IMG/VR virus record: IMGVR_UViG_3300032322_002674
Location: 45,458-109,457 of that record
DNA: 64,000 nt
Direction: 5' to 3' (one strand)
Source: a virus
Taxonomy: Duplodnaviria > Heunggongvirae > Uroviricota > Caudoviricetes
Shown piece by piece: positions 1 through 10,077 of this stretch; within the stretch, counting starts at the first letter, position 1, and the number at the start of each line of letters is the position of its first letter. A model generated the notes under the pieces. It searched no databases. It saw nothing but the letters and a program-made list of their open reading frames with translations, and was not told where the DNA came from. The position numbers were made by a program, and so were the translations under genes.

Positions 1-1435
1 TTACATTATCATCATTTTGGAATCTTTCTACTGCAAGTTGTCTATCTTCTGTTTTTGTTTCACCATTAATTTTTACTGCAATGTCTTTATATTTTTCAAA
101 GATTTGGTTTAACACTTCTGTATAACAAGTAAAAATAACCACTTTTTCACCGTTTTCTATGATTTCATCAATTAATTCTTGTGTATGTTTTATTTTTTCT
201 TCTGCAACATATTTTCTAAGAACTGATAATTGAACTAATTTGTTATTTGCGGATATATTTCTTCCTTCTTTTCTTTTCCATTCAATGTATCTATCAATTG
301 CAGAATTATATCCTTTTTCATCAATTTCCAAATATATTGGTTTAATAATTTTTTCTGGTAATTCAGATAAAACATCAACCCTTCTTTTTCTTAACATTAC
401 TGTTTGAATTCTTCTGTTTAATTCATCCAAATTTGATGCACCATTATAATCATAAATCATTCTTCCCCTTACCATCATTAATTTTGCATTACAATATGAT
501 TTAATAAAACTAACCCAATTTGATGTAATTGGATGTTCTACAATTCTAAGTAAATTAAAAATATCAAATGGTTTATTTGTTATAGGCGTTCCAGTTAATA
601 ACCAAACTTTTTTAACAGTACTTTGTATTTGGTCAAATATTTTACTACGTTTTGTATTTTTATTTTTAAGATAATGGGATTCATCTGAAATAATTAAATC
701 AAAATTTTCTTCAATTATTTGTTTTTTAAATTTAATTAACCTATCATAATTTATTATTGTCCATTTATTTACTTTCCATTTATCTTTAATAACACTTATA
801 TTATCATCACTATCATAGAACATTATTTCATGTTTCCAATTTAATTTAAGTGTTGCAGGACAAACTATTAATATTTTGTTAGATTTGGATTCTAATCCTG
901 CAATAACACCACAAAGAGATTTACCACAACCTGGGTCAAATGCAAGAATATATTTGTCATTTTTTAAAAGATGTTCAATACCTTCTTTTTGATAATTTTT
1001 TGGTGGTCTTGAGTTATATTTTTCCCAATCAATATTAACTTCATTTTCTACCTTAAAAAGATTTTCATTTAAATTAAACTTTGGAAACCATATTAATTTT
1101 GAATCTCCACCTTTTGTTAATTTAACATAACAATGCATTGCCTTTTCAGTTTCACCTATTACTTTCTCTATAAAAATTCTTTCGGGTAGAAATTCTAATT
1201 CTTCTTGTTTTTTTAATTCTTCTGCAAAATATTTTGTTATTTCTACTATTTTATTAACTTCCTTTGGTTTATATTCTTTATTTTTAATAATATAATCACA
1301 TTGGTTTGGGGTTATGGTGTTTAATAACTTAGTTTTAAATAATTTTTTAAGTTTTTGTATGTAAGGGTTTTCACCAGAATAATCTTCAATTATTTGGTAA
1401 CAACGTTTTAATTTATTTTCTGAAATTTTTTGCAT
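1..1435 (-). CDS. SNF2/SWI2-family helicase, 3'-truncated by the window edge (not in ORF track)
   Basis: Hand translation from ATG at 1435: MQKISENK...ILAFDPGCGKS (Walker A), LIVCPATLKLNWKHE, IISDESHYLKN (DExH), WLLTGTPITN, LPEK; frame stays open to base 1. Confidence 0.9.
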   Translation of the reverse strand, partial: MQKISENKLKRCYQIIEDYSGENPYIQKLKKLFKTKLLNTITPNQCDYIIKNKEYKPKEVNKIVEITKYFAEELKKQEELEFLPERIFIEKVIGETEKAMHCYVKLTKGGDSKLIWFPKFNLNENLFKVENEVNIDWEKYNSRPPKNYQKEGIEHLLKNDKYILAFDPGCGKSLCGVIAGLESKSNKILIVCPATLKLNWKHEIMFYDSDDNISVIKDKWKVNKWTIINYDRLIKFKKQIIEENFDLIISDESHYLKNKNTKRSKIFDQIQSTVKKVWLLTGTPITNKPFDIFNLLRIVEHPITSNWVSFIKSYCNAKLMMVRGRMIYDYNGASNLDELNRRIQTVMLRKRRVDVLSELPEKIIKPIYLEIDEKGYNSAIDRYIEWKRKEGRNISANNKLVQLSVLRKYVAEEKIKHTQELIDEIIENGEKVVIFTCYTEVLNQIFEKYKDIAVKINGETKTEDRQLAVERFQNDDNV

Positions 1436-1473
1436 TAAAATAAATTTAACTATTTATATAAAAAAATAAAGTA

Positions 1474-2328
1474 ATGTTAAATGAAGATTTAGGGAAAGTT
1501 GATTGGATAAATAATTTGTCAATAAACATTACTGAACAATTACTTGATAATGGTTTAAATAACATGATAATTGATGTTTACAACGACTATATTGATAAAA
1601 TCTTTATTTCAGTTATAAACAATAATGAAACAACAGGTAAATTAATTAATAAAGATTTAGGTAAAGATGTTATTATTAATCTAAAAATTAACAAAGATGA
1701 AAATCTTAAAGATAAAATAATATCTATATTAAGTCATGAATTACTTCATTTTTATGAAAAAATAAAAAAATATAATAAAAACTATAAAAAATATTATGAT
1801 GTTAGAAATCTTCTTCAATTAAACTACCAATTTAAAAAAAATAAAATTATAGATAAATTTTTAAAAATGTTTTATCTTTCTTTGGATGAAGAAATAAACG
1901 CAAGGGTACAACAAACTTATTCTGAAATTTTTAAATTAAATAAAGAAGAAATAATAGATTTTATTAAAAATTATTCCCTACCTTTTAAAGATTCTATTGA
2001 ATTAATTAATTATGATATTAATGAATTAGATGAATTAAGTAATGAAGAAAAAGATAATCTATTAAAGTTAGTGAATTATTTGTTTGATTATTTTAAATTA
2101 AAAAATAAGTTCACCACATTTAATCAGTTTAAAAAATTCTTTACAACGAAAATAAAATTTTCTGGTCAAAAACTTTATAGAAAAATTTTAAAACTCGTTG
2201 GTTCAATAATTGTCACTAAAAATGTTAATGAAAATTTAAATTATCTTATCTTATTTTATCAAGAAGAATTATTAACAGAAAATTTTAGTCAAAATTTTGT
2301 AGATTTTGATTTTTCTAATTGGAACTGA
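1474..2328 (+). CDS. Zincin-like metallopeptidase (HExxH), paralog of 24975..25883
   Basis: LSHELLHFYE plus downstream FYLSLDEEINARVQ (ExxA third-ligand motif); TATTTATA at 1451-1458. Confidence 0.65.
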   Translation: MLNEDLGKVDWINNLSINITEQLLDNGLNNMIIDVYNDYIDKIFISVINNNETTGKLINKDLGKDVIINLKINKDENLKDKIISILSHELLHFYEKIKKYNKNYKKYYDVRNLLQLNYQFKKNKIIDKFLKMFYLSLDEEINARVQQTYSEIFKLNKEEIIDFIKNYSLPFKDSIELINYDINELDELSNEEKDNLLKLVNYLFDYFKLKNKFTTFNQFKKFFTTKIKFSGQKLYRKILKLVGSIIVTKNVNENLNYLILFYQEELLTENFSQNFVDFDFSNWN

Positions 2329-2331
2329 TTG

Positions 2332-2340
2332 ATATTTATA
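2332..2340 (+). promoter_or_regulatory. Putative late promoter ATATTTATA
   Basis: Motif 14 nt upstream of the neck gene; it recurs upstream of many structural genes. Confidence 0.55.
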
Positions 2341-2354
2341 TATAAAAAAATCAA

Positions 2355-3461
2355 GTGAAAGTAGATATAACATTAGAAGAAAAAGAATTTTTATTTACAC
2401 TAGTAAAACACCTTTTGGGTGCTCCTATAAGAAAAATAGAAATTGCAGATGAACAATTAGAATCTGCACTTTTTATGGCAATAGATGAATATTCAGGTAA
2501 ATTAAATGAATGGATTACAGAGAATCAGTGGCCCAGTTTATTAGGGTTAGATTTACCAGTACAAGATTTTACTGTTGCTCTTACTAATTTTACACTTGAT
2601 TTTGAAAAAAGATATTCTTATGCCTATTCAAAAATTGTTGGTTTACAAACTGTTGGACCCTGGGAGTTAAAACAAGATTTTATTGAATTGGTTAGAAATC
2701 AACAACAATACATTATTCCTGCTGGACGTGAAGTTAATGAAGTATTGTGGTTTACACCACCACCATTATTTAGAGCATTTAATGATGGTTTTTATACATC
2801 ATTTATTAATCCTACTGTTGCAACAAATGCAGCAGGAGCATTTAATCCAACTGGTCATTATATAATGCCTGCACATGATTATCTATTAAGATTAACAGAT
2901 GTTTCATTAAAAAATAGAATGTTATTTGGTGATTTAATTTATAAAATCACAGGAGGACCAAATGGCACAAAAATTTTACATTTAATGCCCACTCCTGGAG
3001 GTCGTTTTGATTTTAATGCAATGAAATATAATGGTAGTAAAGTTTATTATTGGTATTATGATGTTAATAATAAAAATCCAGAAGATTGTAGAAAAGATAA
3101 TCCTGATATTATCAAATATCCAACACAAGTACCTTTACAATTACTTTCTTATACACAAATGAATCAAACTGCAAAAAATGATGTAAGAAAATTATTCATA
3201 TCACATACTAAAGAAATGTTGGGTAGGGTTAGAGGAAAATACTCTGGACAAGTTAAAATTGGTGAAGCAGAAGTAACTTTAGATTATGATGCTCTACTTA
3301 ATGAAGCAAAAGAGGAAAGAAAAGAATTTATGGATAAATTATCTGAAAGATTGGAAAAATTAAATCCACAAAAAATAATGGAAAGGGTTGCTCAACAAGC
3401 AGAAAACCATAATAAGTCTTTACAGTTTCACCCATTCCCAGCACCAATAATACATATTTAA
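2355..3461 (+). CDS. Neck / head-completion protein, T4 gp13-like
   Basis: N-terminal KHLLGAPIRKIEIADEQLESAL resembles the gp13 RRLGAPIINVELTPDQI motif; GTG start. Confidence 0.75.
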   Translation: MKVDITLEEKEFLFTLVKHLLGAPIRKIEIADEQLESALFMAIDEYSGKLNEWITENQWPSLLGLDLPVQDFTVALTNFTLDFEKRYSYAYSKIVGLQTVGPWELKQDFIELVRNQQQYIIPAGREVNEVLWFTPPPLFRAFNDGFYTSFINPTVATNAAGAFNPTGHYIMPAHDYLLRLTDVSLKNRMLFGDLIYKITGGPNGTKILHLMPTPGGRFDFNAMKYNGSKVYYWYYDVNNKNPEDCRKDNPDIIKYPTQVPLQLLSYTQMNQTAKNDVRKLFISHTKEMLGRVRGKYSGQVKIGEAEVTLDYDALLNEAKEERKEFMDKLSERLEKLNPQKIMERVAQQAENHNKSLQFHPFPAPIIHI

Positions 3462-3462
3462 A

Positions 3463-4722
3463 ATGAGTAATTTTACAACAAAAGTTGATTTTTTAAGGCA
3501 AATTAAGAATTTTACAGGTTTAACTGCAACTGGCAGTTGGAATTTAACTGGAAATACTATTACTTCTTCTGATTTTATTGGTTCTTTAAATGACCAACCT
3601 ATAAAGATTAAAGTTAATAATACTGATAAAATAAATGTTGATAATGAAGGTTTAATAATTGGTAATAATTCTATAAATGAAGTAGGTGTTACTAACACAT
3701 TATCTATAAGAAATGGTATTAAACCAACATCAGGTAATACTGATTCTGTATTATTGTTTGCAGATGATATTGAAGGTACTAATTCTTCTGGTTTAGTAAT
3801 TATTTCAGAAGATAATTACATTCATAAATTTGGTAATAAAGTAATTTTTAATAGTGGTAATGGTTTGATTGAATCATCAACTTTATTAAGTGTTGATGGT
3901 GGATTATCACTATCAATATCTGCAACAACAGATAATACAGTAAATTTCACTAATGATTTATATACATTATTATGTGATACATCATTAAATAACATAACAG
4001 TTAATTTACCAAGTTTATCAAATTATAGGGGTAAAATAATAGTTATTAAAAAAGTTTCACAATCTAATCATGTTAAAATTCAACCATCAATTTTTGAAGA
4101 TATTGATGGTTATGAAAATATGTTTTTATTAAACAATAATGATTATATTATTTTACAATCACCAGGTAATATTGGTGGATTTACTGGTTGGAAATCTATT
4201 TCCAAAAAATATAGTAATTTATTATTTACTCAAACAGGTAATAGTTCAACAGTAAGTGGAACAACAGTTGAAACAACAATAATTGATGGTGGTATAGGGA
4301 CATTAGTAATACCAGCAGACTTTTTTAAGGTTGGTCAAATTTATACTGCAAAATTAAGTGGTATGTTATCTGCAGCAAACTCACAAACATTAACAATAAG
4401 ATTAAAATCGGGAAGTGTCACTTTGGGAAGTGACACAATTACATTTCCTAATATTTCTAATAGACCCTGGCAATGTTATATTGATTTTATTATAAGAGAA
4501 ACTGGTGGTGTAGGTGTTGCATCAATTAAAACAAATGGTTTATTTAGTTTTCATAATTTTGCAAGTGATGTTTTAGGTGGTGGTTTTGATACTACTAATA
4601 ATTCAACATTTAATACTACTATTTCTAACACATTAGATTTTACTGTACAATGGGGTAGTAATAACTCAAGTAATTCAATTTATAGTACAAATTTTTACTT
4701 AGAATTGAAAAATCAATTTTAA
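3463..4722 (+). CDS. Virion structural protein (fibre/appendage-like)
   Basis: Gly/Ser/Thr/Asn-rich; LCDTSLNNITVNLPS...IVIKK...IDG motif common in tail/fibre proteins; directly follows the neck gene. Confidence 0.55.
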   Translation: MSNFTTKVDFLRQIKNFTGLTATGSWNLTGNTITSSDFIGSLNDQPIKIKVNNTDKINVDNEGLIIGNNSINEVGVTNTLSIRNGIKPTSGNTDSVLLFADDIEGTNSSGLVIISEDNYIHKFGNKVIFNSGNGLIESSTLLSVDGGLSLSISATTDNTVNFTNDLYTLLCDTSLNNITVNLPSLSNYRGKIIVIKKVSQSNHVKIQPSIFEDIDGYENMFLLNNNDYIILQSPGNIGGFTGWKSISKKYSNLLFTQTGNSSTVSGTTVETTIIDGGIGTLVIPADFFKVGQIYTAKLSGMLSAANSQTLTIRLKSGSVTLGSDTITFPNISNRPWQCYIDFIIRETGGVGVASIKTNGLFSFHNFASDVLGGGFDTTNNSTFNTTISNTLDFTVQWGSNNSSNSIYSTNFYLELKNQF

Positions 4723-5042
4723 AGTCCATTTAAACGAATTTCTTCATTTACCTTGTCTTGGTATTCCTGTAAGGAAGAAAGTAGTGGAAATGGTATTCTA
4801 ATGGGTAAATCTGGGTAAAAATCAAACTCTAACCCTCCGAATTGTGGATTCGCTAGTTGAATTAACCATCCGTAAGTTGGATTATTATAATATTTTTGTG
4901 ATAATTTATCAAATCTTGTTACACCATCTTTATAAGTTTCATACTTATCAGTACTTTTAATACCCAATTTAATGAATGGAATAAATTTAAATTGACCATC
5001 ATTAAAATATTTATCATATCTATTGAAATATTGATTTGCCAT
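4719..5042 (-). CDS. LysM-like baseplate wedge protein (gp53 / tail X-like)
   Basis: RFDKLSQKYYNNPTYGWLIQLANP matches the LysM-like pattern; ATATTTAT on the minus strand at 5047-5054. Confidence 0.7.
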   Translation of the reverse strand: MANQYFNRYDKYFNDGQFKFIPFIKLGIKSTDKYETYKDGVTRFDKLSQKYYNNPTYGWLIQLANPQFGGLEFDFYPDLPIRIPFPLLSSLQEYQDKVNEEIRLNGL

Positions 5043-5056
5043 ATTAATAAATATTA

Positions 5057-7948
5057 TTATTCGTCATCTATAAAATCATCCAATTGTTTACCTGACATAA
5101 GTAATGTTGGTGGGTCTGCTGCAATTGTTGGTCCTAATGGACTAGAAAATTTTGTAGATAATAAATCAGAATCTTTTAAAGTTATTGGTTTATTAAATCC
5201 AATAGTATCAATATTTATTGATTTGTTATACATATTTTGTTCACTTTCAGAATATTTTATATATTTTTGATTATCTTTTTCAAATTTTTGATATAATTCA
5301 GTATTCGCAAAGAAATTATGTTGTAATGCATTTTGTAATCTACTAACAGGACCTGACATAGAAGAACCACCTATAAATTTAAAATTAATAGTTACATTTG
5401 CAATCATAGGTTGAACACCTATTCCTTCTGGATTCAAATCCCACATTTTTTCATAATCTATATTAACACTATCAATTACTATTTTTGTATTATAAAAATC
5501 ACCTAATCTTAAAATACAAATTGGTGGTGTTGAGAATGTTGTATTTAATACTTTTTTTACACCATCTTCAAAACGTTCTTTTGAAATTGTTTTTCCTGGT
5601 CTTGTACATTGTGTTAAAAAAGTTAATCTTCTATTTAAACCTTGAGGTGTCGTAGAATGGAATGAAGGATGAAAATGTCTTATTTTTTCTTTCATTCTAT
5701 CTCTAAACATTGCATTCATTATAGCATCTTTTTTTAATGTTTCAAATTCAATTTCATCTTCAAAAATAAAATCACTTTCTATTTTTTCAAAAGTTCTTTC
5801 ATTTCTTTCATCTAAGTCAACTCTTTGGTATTTTCCAGTTTTTTTAACATATTTTAAAACAGAACTATTACTAACACTATCACCTACTAAAATTGTTGCC
5901 TTTGCAAAACGTGATTTTATTTCTTTATCAGTATTTTCACCACCTGGATTATTATCTCCTATTGTTGCAGGTAATGGTTTACCAATTATATATTTAAAAA
6001 ATATTTGATTATTTCCAAGTTCATTTTTCAAAAAATTTTCAAATTCTTTTGCTCTTGCATTTGGTAATGTATCATTATTATATTCTTGACAATTAGGTAT
6101 GTTGTTACCTTGAATACATCTTTTAGATGCAGAACCTACAATAGTTATAATAATTTCATTATCAGGATATTGACTTAATTCATTTTTTATTTCATTTATT
6201 TTATCTTCAAAATCACTATAACCACCAGGATAAGCAACTGCCCATCCAGACCATGAAGAATTAATTGTTGTTATATCATTTTCAAAAAACGCACTTATTT
6301 CACCAATTGGTATTTTATTAATTATTTTACTACCACTTACAATTAAATCTTGTTCTTTATCAAAATTTGGAATATCAGGAAAATTTGGTTCACAACCCCA
6401 AAAAAACTTTTGAAATTCTTCATAAGATAAATCTTTAAAATCATCTGAATCCATTATTGCAGGATAATCAGATAATACTGTAAAAGATAATGTTCCTGTT
6501 CTTTCAGAATTATTATAAGTATAGATTGGTTCAACTCTACCAAGTATTTGTGTTGTTTCCCAATTTGCACTATTTTGTTCAGAAAATTCTAAATTATATG
6601 GTGGAAACCACATTAACCTTCCACGATTTTTACCCCTTTCCAATTCTGGTAAATCATCTGTTAACCCTTCCCATCCTAAATTTTCAATAGAGAACATGAA
6701 ATCTTTAATTGAAATATCTTTTTTATCATAACCTACTCTTATAAAACCATTATCTTGTAATACTGAAAAAGAACCATTTGGTTTTTCTAAAAAATTACCT
6801 TTTATAAAAGTAGAGTTACTACCTCTTACTAAAGAATCAACATTATCATATCTTCTATTTTTTGTCCAATTTCTACAATAAGTTCCATTTTCTGTACCAT
6901 CAGAACTATAATTAACACCAACTCTTGTACCTCTTGGAATTGCACCTTTAGATGGGTCAGTTGCACTATCACCTTCTTTAAAAGGCATAGTGATTATTTT
7001 ACCTGGATGATATTTATCAGTACCATCAGAATGTCCATCATTTATTAATTGTTGAGTAAATCTTAATAAACCTCTTTTATATGGATTTGTGCCTCTAAAT
7101 GCATTTTCAATTGGATTATCTTTTAAAGATTGTTGATTTTCCCATTGAAGTGCAGTACCAGGTGTTATTTGAGAATCTTTATCATTTTTAGATAATATTA
7201 AATTTGTATTAGTATAAACTAATCTACCAAATCCTTCATCATCTAAATCTATACCTTTAAAGTTTACTTGTCCTCCAACAGTATTGGGTGGTAAAGAATG
7301 GTCTCTACCGATAACTCTTGGTTCTTGTATTGGTGAACCTATATAATAGTATCTAAATCCTCTTACATCAGATACATAAGGTGCAGAAATACTCCAATCA
7401 TTAGGTTTTAAACTAATTCTTCCTGATTCATCCCTTATATCTATTGATGGTACTAAACCTTGTAAATATTCTTGAGAAGTTCTTTTTGCAAATAAAATTA
7501 CTAAATTTTGTAAACCAATTTTACCTAATTCAGTTTCATTTGGATTATTTAATATTCTACCTATAACACTATTTTGTAATTTTGAATTTGTTTGAAAATC
7601 TCCAGTTCCAATATTACCTATAATTGAATTACCCCTATAAACATCTGAAATACCATTGATTACATCAAATACTTTTGAAAGTTTATCATTTTCTAAATTA
7701 TAAGGATTTTCAGGAGTATATTTATTTGAACCATTTGAATTTAATACTTCACTACCTTGTTTATAATTATTTTGAATATATTCTGGAATATGATTATTTA
7801 AATCATTATCTCTAACAAATACACTAGTATCTACTGAATATTCTTGAAGAATCGTATCTGGAGGTAATGGCAAATTTTTTGATAAAAGATTAATTCTTTC
7901 TTGATTTGCAATTTCTCTTAATATAACTGATGAACTATTGTTTGCCAT
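5057..7948 (-). CDS. Large baseplate / tail-tube-initiator-like protein with inserted OmpA-like domain
   Basis: WFPPYNLEFSEQNSANWETTQILGRVEPIYTYNNSERTGTLSF and ILRLGDFYNTKIVIDSVNIDY...QPMIANVTINFKFIGG are tube-fold baseplate motifs; IVGSAS...N..L...RA segment is OmpA-like. Confidence 0.65.
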   Translation of the reverse strand: MANNSSSVILREIANQERINLLSKNLPLPPDTILQEYSVDTSVFVRDNDLNNHIPEYIQNNYKQGSEVLNSNGSNKYTPENPYNLENDKLSKVFDVINGISDVYRGNSIIGNIGTGDFQTNSKLQNSVIGRILNNPNETELGKIGLQNLVILFAKRTSQEYLQGLVPSIDIRDESGRISLKPNDWSISAPYVSDVRGFRYYYIGSPIQEPRVIGRDHSLPPNTVGGQVNFKGIDLDDEGFGRLVYTNTNLILSKNDKDSQITPGTALQWENQQSLKDNPIENAFRGTNPYKRGLLRFTQQLINDGHSDGTDKYHPGKIITMPFKEGDSATDPSKGAIPRGTRVGVNYSSDGTENGTYCRNWTKNRRYDNVDSLVRGSNSTFIKGNFLEKPNGSFSVLQDNGFIRVGYDKKDISIKDFMFSIENLGWEGLTDDLPELERGKNRGRLMWFPPYNLEFSEQNSANWETTQILGRVEPIYTYNNSERTGTLSFTVLSDYPAIMDSDDFKDLSYEEFQKFFWGCEPNFPDIPNFDKEQDLIVSGSKIINKIPIGEISAFFENDITTINSSWSGWAVAYPGGYSDFEDKINEIKNELSQYPDNEIIITIVGSASKRCIQGNNIPNCQEYNNDTLPNARAKEFENFLKNELGNNQIFFKYIIGKPLPATIGDNNPGGENTDKEIKSRFAKATILVGDSVSNSSVLKYVKKTGKYQRVDLDERNERTFEKIESDFIFEDEIEFETLKKDAIMNAMFRDRMKEKIRHFHPSFHSTTPQGLNRRLTFLTQCTRPGKTISKERFEDGVKKVLNTTFSTPPICILRLGDFYNTKIVIDSVNIDYEKMWDLNPEGIGVQPMIANVTINFKFIGGSSMSGPVSRLQNALQHNFFANTELYQKFEKDNQKYIKYSESEQNMYNKSINIDTIGFNKPITLKDSDLLSTKFSSPLGPTIAADPPTLLMSGKQLDDFIDDE

Positions 7949-7954
7949 TTATTT

Positions 7955-7963
7955 TATAAATAT
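7955..7963 (-). promoter_or_regulatory. Putative late promoter ATATTTATA
   Basis: tataaatat on the + strand, 6 nt upstream of the 5057..7948 start. Confidence 0.55.
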
Positions 7964-8020
7964 TTAAAAATTTTTTTTTGTAAAAATACTTTACTTTTTT
8001 TTTTATTCCCTTATATTGCA

Positions 8021-8224
8021 CTGGACCCTAGTATATATTAATAATATTAATATTTAAATAATTTAATAAAATATATATTAATTTATTATAAGGTCCAGAA
8101 GGACCTAGTATATTTAAATAATTTAATAAAATATATATATATATATATATATTAATTTTTATAAGGTCCAGAAGTACCTAGTATATTTAAATAATTTAAT
8201 AAAATATATATTAATTTATTATAA
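8021..8224. repeat. Three imperfect tandem AT-rich repeats with GGACC/GGTCC inverted ends and an (AT)n tract
   Basis: Core tatttaaataatttaataaaatatatattaattt recurs three times; aggtccagaa closes units 1 and 2; (AT)11 at 8131-8152; intergenic between divergent genes. Confidence 0.9.
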
Positions 8225-8267
8225 AATTAATATTATTAATAGTTATATATAAAAATAAAAAATAATT

Positions 8268-9038
8268 ATGGCAAATTCAAATTATGAAAATCAACCAGTA
8301 TATCAAATTCCTTTTGATGTATTAGAATTACCAAGTAAAGGTATTTTATATCCTAATAAAATTGATAGAGTTAAAGTTGAATATTTAGTTGGAAATGATG
8401 AAAATATATTAACTTCTTTCAATTTAATTCAAAATGGACAAGTATTTGATATTTTACTTCAAAGAAAAGTAAAAGATTTACCTTTTAGAACTGATGAATT
8501 ATTAATTGGAGATAGAAATGCAATATTAATTTGGTTAAGAGCAACTGCATACGGAACTCATTATCCAGTTAAAGTCAATGACCCAGATACAGGAGAAGAA
8601 TTAGAAGGTGCGTTAGATTTAACTAAATTAAAACCTAAATATTTAAATCATCAACCTGATGAAAATGGATTATTTGAGTTTGTTCTACCAATTTCAAAAA
8701 AAGTAGTAAAATTTAAATTATTAACAGTTAAAGATGAAAGAGAATTACTTCAAACTTCTGAACAAAAAATGAAAAGAGGTTCAAATATATCAACTCTTTT
8801 AACTGATAGATTAACAAAATTTATTAAATCAATAGATGGAAATACTGATGGTATTCATATTATGAATGAAGTTCAAATAATGTTGGCAGGTGATTCTCTT
8901 GCATTAAGAAAATTTTATGAACAAGTAGAACCTGGTTACGAATCCAAAGTAGATGTAGAATTGCCATCGGGAGGTGTGGTAAATTCCTTTTTTCGTATTG
9001 GACCAGACTTTTTTTACCCTGACATTAGAGTATCGTAA
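8268..9038 (+). CDS. Baseplate hub assembly / tail assembly chaperone (T4 gp26/gp51-like)
   Basis: ELPSKGILYP...VEYL...DENILTS, IGDRNAILIWLRATAYG, VKFKLLTVKDE pattern; lies next to baseplate genes. Confidence 0.65.
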   Translation: MANSNYENQPVYQIPFDVLELPSKGILYPNKIDRVKVEYLVGNDENILTSFNLIQNGQVFDILLQRKVKDLPFRTDELLIGDRNAILIWLRATAYGTHYPVKVNDPDTGEELEGALDLTKLKPKYLNHQPDENGLFEFVLPISKKVVKFKLLTVKDERELLQTSEQKMKRGSNISTLLTDRLTKFIKSIDGNTDGIHIMNEVQIMLAGDSLALRKFYEQVEPGYESKVDVELPSGGVVNSFFRIGPDFFYPDIRVS

Positions 9039-9213
9039 ATATTTTGAAGAAGAAGTTTACTATATGGTTAAACATATAGGTTTTACTGATGCAGATGTTC
9101 AGAATATGCCAACTTATAGAAGGAAATTTCAGATTAATATGTTCTTAAAAGAATTAGAAGAACAAAAAGAACATTATGAAAGGGAAAACAGGAAGAATAA
9201 ATTTAATAGATAA
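8998..9213 (+). CDS. Small tail-assembly-chaperone extension (P2 gpE'-like), possibly reached by +1 frameshift
   Basis: YMVKHIGFTDADVQNMPTYRRKF; only a TTG start before the conserved-looking part; overlaps the upstream gene across a T7 run. Confidence 0.55.
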   Translation: MDQTFFTLTLEYRKYFEEEVYYMVKHIGFTDADVQNMPTYRRKFQINMFLKELEEQKEHYERENRKNKFNR

Positions 9214-9214
9214 A

Positions 9215-9595
9215 TTATTCTTCATCAATTAAATCTTTATAAAAATCTGTTGTTTTTAACCATTTACCCCAAGATGATTCCATAAATAAATCCCACAAAA
9301 TAAAGGGTATTGATATTGTATTAATAATAGGAATAAACCAAATCCAAACTTTTTTATGGTAAATATCAGGATTAATTTTATAAAGTTTTAAATTAAATTT
9401 CCTTAATAAAATAACAGATATTATATAACCAAAAAATAATAAACTAGGTATTACATTAATACATGGGGATTTTAAACCATAACAATCACATATAGATGCA
9501 TTTGTTGTTATAGATTTAACCCCAATAAGTATTAAAACACCAACAAACAAAAGTATTACAGAAAGTGTGGTTAATAAAGGATAATATTTTTTCAT
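9215..9595 (-). CDS. Hypothetical membrane protein
   Basis: Three hydrophobic segments. Confidence 0.6.
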   Translation of the reverse strand: MKKYYPLLTTLSVILLFVGVLILIGVKSITTNASICDCYGLKSPCINVIPSLLFFGYIISVILLRKFNLKLYKINPDIYHKKVWIWFIPIINTISIPFILWDLFMESSWGKWLKTTDFYKDLIDEE

Positions 9596-9800
9596 AAATT
9601 TATTTTATTGAAATAACCAAATTAAATCGTTAATTAATGTTTTTAAACCTAAATAAAATTTAGGGAATAAAATAATAATCCATATCCAACCAATTTCAAA
9701 TTCATTTTCTTTTGGATTAAATTTTAATATTATTTCTTCTAAAAACCAATTATATATTTTTGAAAACACTTTTAAAATCGTTTAATTTCATTGATAATAC

Positions 9801-10076
9801 TTAAATATAAAACTTTTCTTTTGTTAATAAATCCCAAAGATTATTTTGTGTATCCATTTTTTTAAAAAATAATTTATATAAATTAGAGCATAAAGTTGTC
9901 ATTACAAATTCAAACCAGTGAATGTGTTTATTATCAAAATCAATAAAATCTTCTTCTTCATAATTTACTTCTTGGTCTTTTGAAAACATAATAATATCGT
10001 TATATTCAGGAAATAATGTTTTACACATTTCCAATAATTTTTCTTTATGTTTTTCTGTTAGTTCTATTGATTTCAT
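9801..10076 (-). CDS. Hypothetical protein
   Basis: ATG ORF adjacent to the M42 gene on the same strand. Confidence 0.6.
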   Translation of the reverse strand: MKSIELTEKHKEKLLEMCKTLFPEYNDIIMFSKDQEVNYEEEDFIDFDNKHIHWFEFVMTTLCSNLYKLFFKKMDTQNNLWDLLTKEKFYI

Positions 10077-10077
10077 A

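Noticed and set aside
8021-8224. Possible CRISPR array
   Set aside because: There are no unique spacers; the units are degenerate AT-rich copies and no cas genes are present.
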